DNA from: Acidobacteriaceae bacterium | GTDB lineage: Bacteria > Acidobacteriota > Terriglobia > Terriglobales > Acidobacteriaceae | Assembly: GCA_025462735.1 (NCBI GenBank) | Contig: JAOAPC010000003.1 | Coordinates: 144,391 to 208,390, forward strand | Direction: 5' to 3' | Length of the DNA: 64,000 nucleotides | Part shown: positions 1-9,266 of the stretch, one piece after another | Numbering within the stretch: the first letter of the stretch is position 1 | How the letters are laid out: each line of letters starts with the position of its first letter | Position numbers and translations under genes: made by a program | The notes under the pieces: generated by a model | Databases searched by the model: none | The model's input: only the letters and a program-made list of their open reading frames with translations | Told to the model about the DNA's origin: nothing

Positions 1-1088
1 ATGGCGCCGAAAACGAAAATCAGCCGGCGGTCTTGGTAGCAGGCAGAAAGCGCGGAGCGCATGGCCCAAGCCCCGGCGGGATTGTGGGCGACGTCGAGAA
101 CATACTCCGGCTTTGAGTCGCGAGAGGGGACGACCTGGAACCTTCCGGGCCAGCGAGTCTGGCGAATTCCCTGCTCAATTGATGCGGCGGTGACTGGGAA
201 TCCTTGCTTACTCAGTTCTTCGGCGGCGGCAATCGCCAAGGCGACGTTTCTCAGTTGATGGCGCCCGACGAGTGGCGTCTCGACAAGAATGTGCTTTCCC
301 ATAACTTCCAGGGGATAGCGGGAGAATATTTTCCCCTCGCTGTCGGCTGTAGCCACATAGTTCGGCGCGGCTGGTGATACTGGTGGCACATACGGTACTG
401 CGCTGACCGCGGTCGCGTTCTGATCGAGAATCGCATTGCCGATTACATCATTGGCGGCGGGACTCTGCGGCAGGGTAACAACAACTCCGCCGGGGCGAAT
501 GATCCCGGCCTTCTCGCGCGCAATCTCTGCAATGGTATTGCCCAGGAATTTTTCATGGTCGAGCGAAATGTCTGTGATCACGCTGACGCGCGGTTCAACC
601 ACGTTGGTTGCGTCGAGCCGGCCTCCCATGCCAACTTCCAGCACCGCAATATCCAGTTTGCTGGTGGCGAAGTGTTCGAAGGCCATCGCGGTCAGCATCT
701 CGAAGAAGCTGGGATGCCAGGGCAGCTCGCGATCCTCGATCAACCTTTCGGAGGTGCGCTCGACCATATCGTGCACCAGAGCGAATCTGTCGTCGTTGAT
801 GGCTTCCCCGTCGATGCGAATCCGCTCATTGATACGTACCAGATGGGGTGACGTATACAGCCCTGTCCGCAAGCCCGCAGCCTGAAGTATTGACGCGAGG
901 GTGGCCGCAGTAGAACCTTTGCCGTTGGTGCCGGCGATCAGGACGCTGGGAAAACGCCGCTCCGGATGCTCCAGCGCGCGCAGCAGCACGCGCATGTGCG
1001 CCAAATCAAACTTGTGCGAAGGCAAGTCCGCAAGCTCATGGCCGAGTGCGTACATGCGGGCAACAGCGGTTTGGTAAGAAGCAGGCAT
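1..1088 (-). CDS. folC: folylpolyglutamate synthase/dihydrofolate synthase (FolC), C-terminal end cut by window edge
   Basis: Own minus-strand translation from ATG 1088-1086: MPASYQTAVARMYALGHELADL...SVLIAGTNGKGSTAATL...LEVGMGGRLDATN...ITDISLDHEKFLG. It has a Mur-ligase-type P-loop and is open to position 1. It is absent from the ORF track because there is no stop in the window. Confidence 0.85.
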   Translation of the reverse strand, partial: MPASYQTAVARMYALGHELADLPSHKFDLAHMRVLLRALEHPERRFPSVLIAGTNGKGSTAATLASILQAAGLRTGLYTSPHLVRINERIRIDGEAINDDRFALVHDMVERTSERLIEDRELPWHPSFFEMLTAMAFEHFATSKLDIAVLEVGMGGRLDATNVVEPRVSVITDISLDHEKFLGNTIAEIAREKAGIIRPGGVVVTLPQSPAANDVIGNAILDQNATAVSAVPYVPPVSPAAPNYVATADSEGKIFSRYPLEVMGKHILVETPLVGRHQLRNVALAIAAAEELSKQGFPVTAASIEQGIRQTRWPGRFQVVPSRDSKPEYVLDVAHNPAGAWAMRSALSACYQDRRLIFVFGA

Positions 1089-1097
1089 TGGTAAAAA

Positions 1098-1174
1098 CGT
1101 CGTTGGTCGTTCGCCGTTGGTCGTTGGCCACAAAACCGACAAGACCGTCGTCGGTCCTCGGTCGCCGGTCGTCA
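1098..1174. repeat. 7-nt periodic array (CGTTGGT/CGTCGGT units)
   Basis: cgtcgtt ggtcgtt cgccgtt ggtcgtt ggcc, then cgtcgtc ggtcctc ggtcgcc ggtcgtc. Intergenic between folC and accD. Confidence 0.8.
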
Positions 1175-1293
1175 CTAAAAATTGACTTTCGGCGTTGCCG
1201 TCGCCCAACACACTAGGGTACCAGCTTCGACGGAATTTCTGGATTGAGGCTTGGGCTTCGCGGCAGGTTCTTACCGCGCAGTTCGGAACGTGG

Positions 1294-1410
1294 CTAGAAG
1301 AGCTTCCACACGAAATGCGCGAGCACCGCAAACAGTAGGAGGACGAAAACACCTATATATATGAGAAAATTGGCCGTCAGCTTCGGGGACTCGATTTCTT
1401 TTTTGTTCAT
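1294..1410 (-). CDS. hypothetical small membrane protein (38 aa)
   Basis: Own translation: MNKKEIESPKLTANFLIYIGVFVLLLFAVLAHFVWKLF*. It has one hydrophobic helix. It is too short for the ORF track and no family was recognised. Confidence 0.3.
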   Translation of the reverse strand: MNKKEIESPKLTANFLIYIGVFVLLLFAVLAHFVWKLF

Positions 1411-1454
1411 AAAGCCCGCGCAGACTCCCACCCGAGGTTGATCGACAAAAAACT

Positions 1455-2306
1455 TCAGCTCGCCGCGGGCATCATAAAATCCAGCGCACGGGAGATGTAA
1501 CCCTTCATCTCTTTGCGGTGCACGACGGCGTCGAGCATTCCGTGCTCGAGGAGAAATTCACTGCGCTGGAATCCGGGCGGAAGCTTTTGCCGAATGGTCT
1601 GCTCGATCACGCGCGGCCCGGCGAAGCCGATCAGCGCACCCGGCTCGGCGATGTTGAGATCACCAAGCATGGCGAATGAAGCGGTAACGCCACCGGTAGT
1701 CGGATCGGTGAGAACCGAAACGTAAGGCACGCGAGCTTCGTCGAGCTTGGCCAACGCGGCGGAAATTTTTGCCAGCTGCATAAGGCTCAAAACGCCTTCC
1801 ATCATGCGCGCGCCGCCGGACGCGGAAATAATGATAAGTGGTCGCTTGCTGGCGAGCGCATCCTCGACGGCCCGAGTGATGACTTCGCCTACGACCGATC
1901 CCATACTGCCGCCGATGAAGCTATATTCCATGGCGCTGATGACGATGGGCCGGCCATTCAGGGTGCCGCGGCCGTTGATGACGGCGTCGGTGAGACCAGT
2001 CTCTTCCTGCGCGCGCTTGAGACGCTCGGAATAGGGCTTGAGGTCAACGAATTTCAGAGGATCGGTGGAAGCAAGATTGTCGCTGAAGGTTTCATACTCG
2101 CCATTGTCGAACAAGTTCGCCAGGCGGGTGCGGGCATCGATGCGGAAGTGTTTGCCACATTTCGGGCAAACATTCAGGTTCTCCTCAAGGTCCTTCTTCC
2201 AGATAATCTGCCGGCAGCCCTCACACTTCACCCACAAGCCTTCAGTGCGAATTTTCTTTTCGCCGGAAGCGTCCAACTCGCCGGATTGTCGTTTAAACCA
2301 AGCCAT
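1455..2306 (-). CDS. accD: acetyl-CoA carboxylase carboxyltransferase beta subunit
   Basis: 283 aa. N-terminal zinc ribbon (CEGCRQ...CPKCGKH) followed by a carboxyltransferase core (GGSMGSVVGE, GGARMMEG). Confidence 0.95.
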   Translation of the reverse strand: MAWFKRQSGELDASGEKKIRTEGLWVKCEGCRQIIWKKDLEENLNVCPKCGKHFRIDARTRLANLFDNGEYETFSDNLASTDPLKFVDLKPYSERLKRAQEETGLTDAVINGRGTLNGRPIVISAMEYSFIGGSMGSVVGEVITRAVEDALASKRPLIIISASGGARMMEGVLSLMQLAKISAALAKLDEARVPYVSVLTDPTTGGVTASFAMLGDLNIAEPGALIGFAGPRVIEQTIRQKLPPGFQRSEFLLEHGMLDAVVHRKEMKGYISRALDFMMPAAS

Positions 2307-2309
2307 TTT

Positions 2310-2381
2310 CGTGGTCCGTCGTTGGTCGTCGGTCGTTGGTCGCCGGCCTCTAGCGAAGGCCTAGGACGAGCGGCCAACGAC
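2310..2381. repeat. 7-nt periodic array (CGTTGGT units) with short inverted tail
   Basis: gtggtccgtcgttggtcgtcggtcgttggtcgccgg ... ggccaacgac. Same unit and orientation as the array at 1098-1174 on the other side of accD. Confidence 0.75.
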
Positions 2382-2917
2382 TAATACTCTATCCCTCTCT
2401 GTGCTATTACGCCTTGCTCGTACGCGTGTTTTACCTGGCGCATTTCCGTGACCGTGTCGGCAAGCTCGACAATTGTCGGATGCGCATTGCGCCCAGTCAA
2501 GATAACATGCACCATTTCCGGCTTTTGCTTCAGTGCCGCGACCACTTTGGCAGGATCAAGCATGCCATAGCTGATAGCGTAATTGATTTCGTCGAGGACC
2601 ACTAAATCCCAGTCGCCGGATTGGATTGCCCGTTCGGCCTCCGACCAGGCTTCCTCGACCATGCGCACGTCTTCGGGGTCAGGCTTTTCCGCGCCAACTT
2701 TCACAAATCCGCGACCCATCTGTTTCATGATGAAGTTGTCGCCGAAGGCCTTGACCGCATCGAGCTCGCCATAGTGCCATGAGCCTTTGAGAAATTGCAG
2801 CATGAGCACCCGCATCCCGTTACCGACCGCGCGCAATGCCGTTCCCATGGCCGCAGTGGTTTTGCCCTTGCCCGGCCCGGTATTGACGATAATCAGACCT
2901 CGGCGGACGTCGACCAT
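2381..2917 (-). CDS. cobO: cob(I)yrinic acid a,c-diamide adenosyltransferase
   Basis: 178 aa. P-loop GPGKGKTTAAMG, LQFLKG and LDEINY motifs typical of CobA/CobO/BtuR. Confidence 0.9.
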   Translation of the reverse strand: MVDVRRGLIIVNTGPGKGKTTAAMGTALRAVGNGMRVLMLQFLKGSWHYGELDAVKAFGDNFIMKQMGRGFVKVGAEKPDPEDVRMVEEAWSEAERAIQSGDWDLVVLDEINYAISYGMLDPAKVVAALKQKPEMVHVILTGRNAHPTIVELADTVTEMRQVKHAYEQGVIAQRGIEY

Positions 2918-3064
2918 AAGCGGAAGTGCTGATTGTACTGAGCGAGGATGAATTTCACCACCGAGAGGGTCTGCGGGCGGTGCTGGCGTGATTTCAAATA
3001 CCTTGGTTGGAGAGAGCGGCGTCTCGCCCGTGTCTCAGACTAATGCTCAAATAGAATCGACTCA

Positions 3065-4603
3065 TTGAATCTCGACGATACCATTGTTGCGATTGCTACG
3101 CCTCCGGGCCGCGGAGGAATTGGCGTGGTCCGCTTTGCGGGACCCGAAGCGCGCGCTGTCGCTCTGCCTATGCTGAGGCTGAAGCATGAACTTGAGCCTG
3201 GGCGGGCAGTTTTCGGGGAACTCATCGAACCACGTGGGCCGGATATTCCTGTCCCACAATCAGGGCAATCGACGCTCGTCTCCGGTCAAACGTCAGAGAC
3301 AATACCCAGTCGGACAAGAGTGTCCGACCCACACGGTTCGAGGATCGACGAAGTTGTGGTGACCTATTTCGCCAAGCCGCATTCGTACACAACTGACGAC
3401 ATCGTTGAAATTTCTGCTCACGGGTCACCGGTTGTGCTACGTCACATTGTTGAAATGGCGCTGGAGCGTGGAGCTCGGCTTGCTGAACCGGGTGAGTTTA
3501 CGATGCGTGCCTTTTTGAACGGGCGCATTGATCTCACTCAGGCTGAGGCAGTGCGCGATCTGATCGACTCGCAAACTTTGTATCAGGCGAAGATTGCCGC
3601 GCAGCAACTGGAAGGCGCGCTCTCCCGGCGGCTGCAGCCCATCAAGCAGAAGTTGGTCGAATTAATCGCACTGCTCGAAGCAGGAATTGATTTCGCGGAA
3701 GACGACGTTTCGGTGCTTTCGGGTGAGCAAATTATTCGGCACATCGGAGAAGTTCGCGCGCCTTTAGAAGAGCTCGCCCGATCTTTTGCATACGGAAAAC
3801 TGGTTCACGAAGGTCTGACGCTCGCGATTGTCGGCCGTCCGAACGTTGGCAAATCCAGTTTGTTCAACCGGCTGGTGGAGCGCGAGCGCGCGATTGTTAC
3901 GGCGACTCCGGGCACTACGCGCGATCTGGTGACTGAAACGGTTGCAATTGGCGGCATCCCCGTAAAGCTGGTGGATACGGCTGGCATTCGTCACGCCCTC
4001 GATGAAGCGGAAAGCATTGGAATTCAAAAATCCATGGAAGCGCTGGCGGATGCGGACCTGGTGTTAGTGGTGCTGGACGCGTCACAGCCTGCAAGTGATG
4101 AAGACAAACCTTTGCTGGCACAAGTTGGGCAACGTACTGCGATCGTGGTCAAGAATAAAGCGGACCTGATGAATCCAGACATGTCTAGCTCGGATTTGAG
4201 AAATCGGGAAGGGCACGACTTTAGTCGTGCCGAAGAACACCCCAAGACGATTCACTTCGAGCCGGCGCCAGCCGGAGAGAAGCCGACCATACACCTTCGC
4301 ACTTCCGCGCTCACCGGAGCAGGCATTGTTGAATTGCGCGCTGCGATTCTGCAGCATGTGACCGGAGATGCCGGATCCAGCGCCGAATCAGGTTTTCTCA
4401 CCAACGCCCGGCATCAATCGCTGGTCCGAGATTCACTGAGCGGGCTCAGTCATGCGGAATCCGCGGTGCAGAACCGGGTTCCGCACGAAATGCTTCTGCT
4501 GGATCTTTACAGCGCACTTCGTCCACTGGACGAGATCACCGGCGCGACGACAAACGACGACATCCTTAATTTGATTTTCAGCAGGTTTTGTATAGGAAAG
4601 TGA
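3065..4603 (+). CDS. mnmE: tRNA modification GTPase MnmE (two extra insertions)
   Basis: 512 aa. [17 protein letters not shown]-terminus, G-domain [12 protein letters not shown] / DTAGIR / NKADL, C-terminal FCIGK. It is about 55-60 aa longer than E. coli MnmE as I recall it (454 aa). Confidence 0.93.
   Translation: MNLDDTIVAIATPPGRGGIGVVRFAGPEARAVALPMLRLKHELEPGRAVFGELIEPRGPDIPVPQSGQSTLVSGQTSETIPSRTRVSDPHGSRIDEVVVTYFAKPHSYTTDDIVEISAHGSPVVLRHIVEMALERGARLAEPGEFTMRAFLNGRIDLTQAEAVRDLIDSQTLYQAKIAAQQLEGALSRRLQPIKQKLVELIALLEAGIDFAEDDVSVLSGEQIIRHIGEVRAPLEELARSFAYGKLVHEGLTLAIVGRPNVGKSSLFNRLVERERAIVTATPGTTRDLVTETVAIGGIPVKLVDTAGIRHALDEAESIGIQKSMEALADADLVLVVLDASQPASDEDKPLLAQVGQRTAIVVKNKADLMNPDMSSSDLRNREGHDFSRAEEHPKTIHFEPAPAGEKPTIHLRTSALTGAGIVELRAAILQHVTGDAGSSAESGFLTNARHQSLVRDSLSGLSHAESAVQNRVPHEMLLLDLYSALRPLDEITGATTNDDILNLIFSRFCIGK
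3308..3336. repeat. REP-like hairpin plus CCACACGG tail, inside the mnmE coding sequence
   Basis: agtcGGACAagagTGTCCgacccacacgg. Near-identical to 21674-21704 in polA and the same architecture as the intergenic elements at 11106-11134 and 20441-20493. Confidence 0.7.
4212..4231. repeat. perfect 8-bp hairpin inside the mnmE G-domain insertion
   Basis: GGCACGAC-ttta-GTCGTGCC, encoding ..[10 protein letters not shown].. within a roughly 30-aa segment absent from E. coli MnmE. Confidence 0.6.
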
Positions 4604-4615
4604 CCTTGGCGGATG

Positions 4616-5215
4616 TTAGCCCCCGTGGCGAATCACCACGTTCGCAAGCATGCCTGCCAGCCCGATCGAGACCAAGGTTAGGACGCACACGCCAAAGATG
4701 TAATAGGCGATTCGCGCTTTGGGCCACACCTTGGCCGGCAGTTGGTCTGCGAACTTGTCTGACCAGGTTTCACCGAGTCGCGGGGGCAAAGCTGCTTCTT
4801 CGGAATCCGTACGCCACTTTGAAGCGATCCAGGTAGCACGAATGTTGGAGAGCAGCAGCGCGGTCACGAACACCCTGAAAACGATCATCCCCCACGGAGA
4901 GCTAACCGCGAGGAAAGTGACGGAAATTAGAGTATCGATAGCGTAGAAGGTAAAAACAATTGCTGCCGCGAACAGGTCGCGCTCCCGGACTCCAATCCCG
5001 CCGACATAGAAAAACAGCCCCAGGGCAACGCCTAGGACCGGTTTCCCTTGTAATAATGAAAAACCGAACGAGGAGACCGCGATAAAAGTGCACACCCAAT
5101 AACCCTGAGCGCCGAGGTAATCTACGTCGGCTCCGCTCTGAACGGACGGCCAGAACAGGCTCTTAAGCCGGCTATCAGTGCGTTCATTGGTATCCGCCAA
5201 GCCGAGGGTTTGCAT
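4616..5215 (-). CDS. hypothetical polytopic membrane protein
   Basis: 199 aa with about 5 hydrophobic segments. No family recognised. Convergent with mnmE (12-nt gap). Confidence 0.6.
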   Translation of the reverse strand: MQTLGLADTNERTDSRLKSLFWPSVQSGADVDYLGAQGYWVCTFIAVSSFGFSLLQGKPVLGVALGLFFYVGGIGVRERDLFAAAIVFTFYAIDTLISVTFLAVSSPWGMIVFRVFVTALLLSNIRATWIASKWRTDSEEAALPPRLGETWSDKFADQLPAKVWPKARIAYYIFGVCVLTLVSIGLAGMLANVVIRHGG

Positions 5216-5285
5216 GCGCAGGATTAAAGCTCAACTTTCTCATGCTGTCCAGCGAAAAATAAATTGGCGTGATCATTGTCGGCGG

Positions 5286-5867
5286 TCATTTCGCCATCAC
5301 ACCCAGCGCAGCCCGGAACATGGCGTCGAAGGAACCGTTTTTCTCGACCGAGGCCAACGCCTTTTCCGCCGTGGCGCGCTGATAACCCAAGTTTACCAAT
5401 GCCGACAAAACATCTTCCTGCACTGCGCTGAGCGACGGAACCACGTGGACCTGATCAGTGCCAACTGGTGGCAATTTGTCGCGGAGTTCGAGCACCATGC
5501 GTTCGGCGGTTTTTCTGCCGATGCCGGGGATTTTCGTAAGGCGCGCAACGTCATTGCCGCGAATGGCAGCAGTCATTTCATCGGTGGGCATTCCGCTCAG
5601 GATAGTGATCGCGAGCTTCGGCCCGATCCCGCTGACGCTAATGAGTTTTTCAAAAAGATGTTTTTCTTCGGCTCGCTGAAATCCGTATAGCGCAATCTGG
5701 TCTTCGCGCACGTGAGTGTGAATGTGCAACGCAACTTCCCCACCGGCGGGCGGCAATTCGGAAAATGTCGGAACGGAGATGGTGACGTCGTAACCGACGC
5801 CCATAGCTTCGACAATTACCTGATTAGGGCGCCGGGCGAGTAGTTTTCCGCGGAGATGGGCAATCAT
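5286..5867 (-). CDS. ruvA: Holliday junction branch migration complex subunit RuvA
   Basis: 193 aa. MIAHLRGKL...GVGYDV...IALYGF...LISVSGIGPKLA is a classic RuvA. Confidence 0.95.
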   Translation of the reverse strand: MIAHLRGKLLARRPNQVIVEAMGVGYDVTISVPTFSELPPAGGEVALHIHTHVREDQIALYGFQRAEEKHLFEKLISVSGIGPKLAITILSGMPTDEMTAAIRGNDVARLTKIPGIGRKTAERMVLELRDKLPPVGTDQVHVVPSLSAVQEDVLSALVNLGYQRATAEKALASVEKNGSFDAMFRAALGVMAK

Positions 5868-5908
5868 CTTGAACGAATTGTACTAACTGGCCCTGAGTTT
5901 TTGGGTTA

Positions 5909-5946
5909 AAGCTGATGGCTGAGAGCTGACGGCTGATGGCTCAGAA
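5909..5946. repeat. 7-nt periodic array (GCTGAYG units)
   Basis: gctgatg gctgaga gctgacg gctgatg gctcaga, in the ruvB-ruvA spacer. Confidence 0.8.
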
Positions 5947-6990
5947 CTAAAACAACGAACTTTGCCGGCGATTGGGCGTGATCCCGAAGTGCTCGTAGGC
6001 CAGCGACGTAGCTACGCGGCCTCGCGGAGTGCGGTTCAGGAAGCCAATCTGGATCAGAAACGGCTCGTAAATTTCCTCGATGGCATCGGGTTCCTCGGCA
6101 AGCGCCGCCGCCAAGGTGTTCACGCCCACCGGCCCGCCCTGATACTTCTCAATGATTGCGAGCAACAGCCTGCGGTCCACCTCGTCGAAACCGTAACGGT
6201 CTACTTCAAGCATCTGCAATGCGGCTTGCGCAGTGAGCAGGTCTATCTTGCCCGCGCCGCGCACCTGGGCGTAATCGCGTACCCGCCGCAGTAATCGATT
6301 TGCAATTCTGGGAGTTCCCCGCGAGCGGCTGGCAAGTTCGATTGCGCCTTCGCGATTGATTTCCACTCCCAGAATTTCGGCCGAGCGTTCGATAATAATT
6401 CGCAGCTCGTCGTGGCTGTAAAACTCCAGGCGCAGCACAATTCCGAAGCGGGAGCGCAGCGGCGCTGAAAGCAGTCCTGCCCGGGTGGTGGCAGCCACGA
6501 AGGTGAACGGCTTCACGTCCATGGTGTGGGTGCGGGCCGCCGGTCCTTGGCCGATCAGAATGTCTAACTTGTAATCTTCCAGCGCAGAATAAAGGATCTC
6601 CTCGAGCGCTGGTTGGAGGCGGTGAACCTCGTCGATGAATAGGACTTGTTTGTCGCGCAGATTGGTCAAGATCGCGGTGAGATCGCCTTTAATCTGCAGG
6701 GTTGGCCCGGATGTCTGCTGGAAGGCAGCTCCCAGCTCGTTAGCGATAATGGTGGCCAACGTAGTCTTGCCAAGTCCGGGAGGTCCATAGAGCAGCACAT
6801 GGTCCAGCGCCTCGCCGCGCGACCTGGCAGCTTCGATGGCCACGGCCAGGTTCTCTTTCACCTTAGACTGGCCGATGAATTCTCCCAAACGCTGCGGCCG
6901 AAGCTTCAACTCAAAAGACGAATCATCCTCAACCGGAGCAGCTGAGACCAGACGATCTTTGAGATCTGGATTTGCTTTGGCGGAGGCCAC
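5947..6990 (-). CDS. ruvB: Holliday junction DNA helicase RuvB
   Basis: 347 aa. Walker [25 protein letters not shown]. Confidence 0.96.
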   Translation of the reverse strand: MASAKANPDLKDRLVSAAPVEDDSSFELKLRPQRLGEFIGQSKVKENLAVAIEAARSRGEALDHVLLYGPPGLGKTTLATIIANELGAAFQQTSGPTLQIKGDLTAILTNLRDKQVLFIDEVHRLQPALEEILYSALEDYKLDILIGQGPAARTHTMDVKPFTFVAATTRAGLLSAPLRSRFGIVLRLEFYSHDELRIIIERSAEILGVEINREGAIELASRSRGTPRIANRLLRRVRDYAQVRGAGKIDLLTAQAALQMLEVDRYGFDEVDRRLLLAIIEKYQGGPVGVNTLAAALAEEPDAIEEIYEPFLIQIGFLNRTPRGRVATSLAYEHFGITPNRRQSSLF

Positions 6991-7126
6991 TGGCCGGATA
7001 GTACCACGAGCATAGAAAGTTCAAACAGATGGTGAGTCGAGGCAGAACCACATAATTCCCACGCACTTTTTTGCACAGCTCGTACAGAAGAAGGGTGCTC
7101 TACTCGTTTGAGTTGTCCCAATCGAT

Positions 7127-7141
7127 TGGCACACGCATTGC
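7127..7141 (+). promoter_or_regulatory. candidate sigma-54 type -24/-12 promoter (also half of an imperfect palindrome)
   Basis: TGGCAC-acgca-TTGC matches the TGGCAC-N5-TTGC consensus and lies about 150 nt upstream of ytxH. The same bases form the palindrome tggcacacgc/gcgcgtgcca, so an operator or hairpin is an alternative reading. Confidence 0.3.
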
Positions 7142-7294
7142 GCGTGCCAGAAGACGCAAATAGTCAGTAGGTTACAGTGCACCAGCCCTGCTATTGCGAT
7201 TTGTAAGCTGCTGGAAATCCTTCCAACCGCAGCCTAGGATTTTCGCATCTTCTTATCTGCAAAGATTGAAAATTAATTAGGCGGAGGATATGGG

Positions 7295-7672
7295 ATGAAA
7301 ATGCGAAAAGAGAGAATGCTTAAAGACTTACTGATCGGAACCGGCGTGTACCTGCTCGAGTCGTTGCGAGAGCGGGCGGGCGACAGTTTTCAGGACCTGA
7401 GTGGTCGTGCGCGGGACACCTACGATGAGGCATCGCGGCGGGCGAGCCGGGCAAAGGACGCGCTCCGGGGTGAGGACCATCACGGGTTGGGAACGGCAGC
7501 GGCCCTGCTCATCGGGGTTGGCGTAGGAGTGGGCGTGGGTATGCTGCTGGCGCCGGCCAGTGGTGAAGAAACCCGCAGCACGATTGGCAATAAGGTGCAG
7601 GAGTTTGGCGACCGCGTACGCGATAAGTTTGACCAGAAACGCGAACCCGGGACCGCCAGCTACGGAACATAG
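7295..7672 (+). CDS. YtxH domain-containing protein (general-stress type)
   Basis: 125 aa. One Gly/Val-rich TM followed by LLAPASGEETR, and charged helical flanks. SD ggagg lies upstream. Confidence 0.75.
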   Translation: MKMRKERMLKDLLIGTGVYLLESLRERAGDSFQDLSGRARDTYDEASRRASRAKDALRGEDHHGLGTAAALLIGVGVGVGVGMLLAPASGEETRSTIGNKVQEFGDRVRDKFDQKREPGTASYGT

Positions 7673-7690
7673 TCAACCAGGAAGATCGTC

Positions 7691-7726
7691 CGCAATTGCG
7701 GACGATCTTCTTCTTGATTGACCTCA
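7691..7726 (+). terminator. rho-independent terminator after ytxH
   Basis: Perfect 14-bp stem GAAGATCGTCCGCA-at-TGCGGACGATCTTC followed by TTCTT. Confidence 0.75.
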
Positions 7727-7838
7727 GAACAGACACTCTCAAAGCTTCCAACCGTTCGCCATGTGCTAGAGAGGTGGCAAGCCCTTAGGTGCGCCCAGGT
7801 TTGCCGCACCCTTCCAGCTCTGATACAACTCTAATAAT

Positions 7839-8618
7839 TTGAGATTGGTCCCCTTCAGCCTGCACGACGCACTACTGCTTTTTTTTGCTGCCCTGCTGGG
7901 TGGCACGCTGAACGCCGTTGCCGGCGGCGGCAGCTTCGTCGCGTTTCCCGCATTGCTCTTCACCGGAGTTCCGCCAGTGCCAGCGAATGCGACCAATACG
8001 GTCGCGCTGTGGGCTGGGATGGCCTTCAGCGGAGGCGCATTTCGGCATCATTTGAAAATTCGACGAAGCGTGCTGCTGTCGCTGGGATGCGTCAGCCTGG
8101 TGGGGGGAGGGGTGGGCGCGGTCTTACTGCTACGTACTCCGGCCCAGACGTTTCTGCAAATACTGCCGTGGCTGATGTTGTTTGCCGTGCTGCTCTTTAT
8201 CTTTGGCCCGAAGCTCACGCGCACACGGGATGGGCGGGCAATACATGAGCCAAGTGCGAAGGCGATTGTGGCAGCTTCGTTTCTCCAGCTGCTGGTTGCG
8301 ATTTATGGCGGCTACTTTGGCGGCGGGATGGGGTTTGTGATTCTGGCAATGCTGACCGCCTTCGGCATGGCGGACATCCACGAAATGAACGCCTTCAAAA
8401 TCGTGCTCAGCAGCGCCACTAACGGCATCGCTGTGCTCATTTTCATTCTGAGGCACGCAGTGTACTGGCCGCAGGCGTTAGTAATGATCTGTGGCGCCGC
8501 GCTGGGCGGTTATTTCGGCGCGCATTATTCGCTGCGGCTGCCGCAAGTTTGGGTACGCTGGTTTGTGATCACAGTGGGCGCGGGCATGACCGCTTACTTT
8601 TTTGTCCGCGCCTACTGA
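7839..8618 (+). CDS. sulfite exporter TauE/SafE family membrane protein
   Basis: 259 aa, multi-TM. N-terminal GGTLNAVAGGGSF and a second-half GGYFG repeat typical of TauE/SafE. TTG start per the ORF track. Confidence 0.8.
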   Translation: MRLVPFSLHDALLLFFAALLGGTLNAVAGGGSFVAFPALLFTGVPPVPANATNTVALWAGMAFSGGAFRHHLKIRRSVLLSLGCVSLVGGGVGAVLLLRTPAQTFLQILPWLMLFAVLLFIFGPKLTRTRDGRAIHEPSAKAIVAASFLQLLVAIYGGYFGGGMGFVILAMLTAFGMADIHEMNAFKIVLSSATNGIAVLIFILRHAVYWPQALVMICGAALGGYFGAHYSLRLPQVWVRWFVITVGAGMTAYFFVRAY

Positions 8619-8644
8619 GGGTTTTTGGCTTCGAGTCTGATCGA

Positions 8645-9115
8645 TCATTGCAGAGGAGCAGAGACGTGCTCGTGTACGATGAGCCACTTTCCGCCCTGCT
8701 GCTCGAATACTACCGTCCAGCGGAAGTTACCGGTGTCGACCTTATCGTTTTTGTGCGTCATCTCTTCCTTCACCGTCGCGGTCCCCCAAACATATTTCCC
8801 GGCGGGATGAAGATCCGCATCGTCATTGACGGTAAACTTCGCGCTTTTGAAGTCTGCCACCACCTGACGTACACCTATTTGATATTCATCCCAGCTCGAG
8901 TATTTGAGCGGCGCGATATCGAAGAAGGTGTGCGGGCCGGAAGCATAGAATTGCGCGACATTCGCGGGATCAAGCGTGGCCCAGCCATCCCAGATTTTCT
9001 GCAGATAGGCTTTGTCTGGGGCCGCGGTTTTTTCGGCGTGCACTTTAGCGACGGCCGGCGAACTCAGCGCAGAGCAAGCGACACAAAGTACCAACACAAG
9101 CATGTGGGGTTTCAT
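8645..9115 (-). CDS. secreted SnoaL-like / NTF2-fold (DUF4440-like) protein
   Basis: I prefer the start at MKPHMLVLVLCVACSALSSPAVA (signal peptide), which has AGGAGG 6 nt upstream. The C-terminal ...GKWLIVHEHVS is typical of the NTF2-like fold. Confidence 0.7.
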   Translation of the reverse strand: MKPHMLVLVLCVACSALSSPAVAKVHAEKTAAPDKAYLQKIWDGWATLDPANVAQFYASGPHTFFDIAPLKYSSWDEYQIGVRQVVADFKSAKFTVNDDADLHPAGKYVWGTATVKEEMTHKNDKVDTGNFRWTVVFEQQGGKWLIVHEHVSAPLQ

Positions 9116-9266
9116 TGTTCCTCCTATGCAGCGGAGGCATTGTCGCACGGCAGCAAGAAGAACAGCAACGAAGCGCAGCGGATCCTTAGGGAGACCCGCT
9201 GCCGTGAAAAATGAGCACGTTGTCAGATGGTTTGCCGGCTGCGTGCTCAGCCCCGTTCGCTAAACC

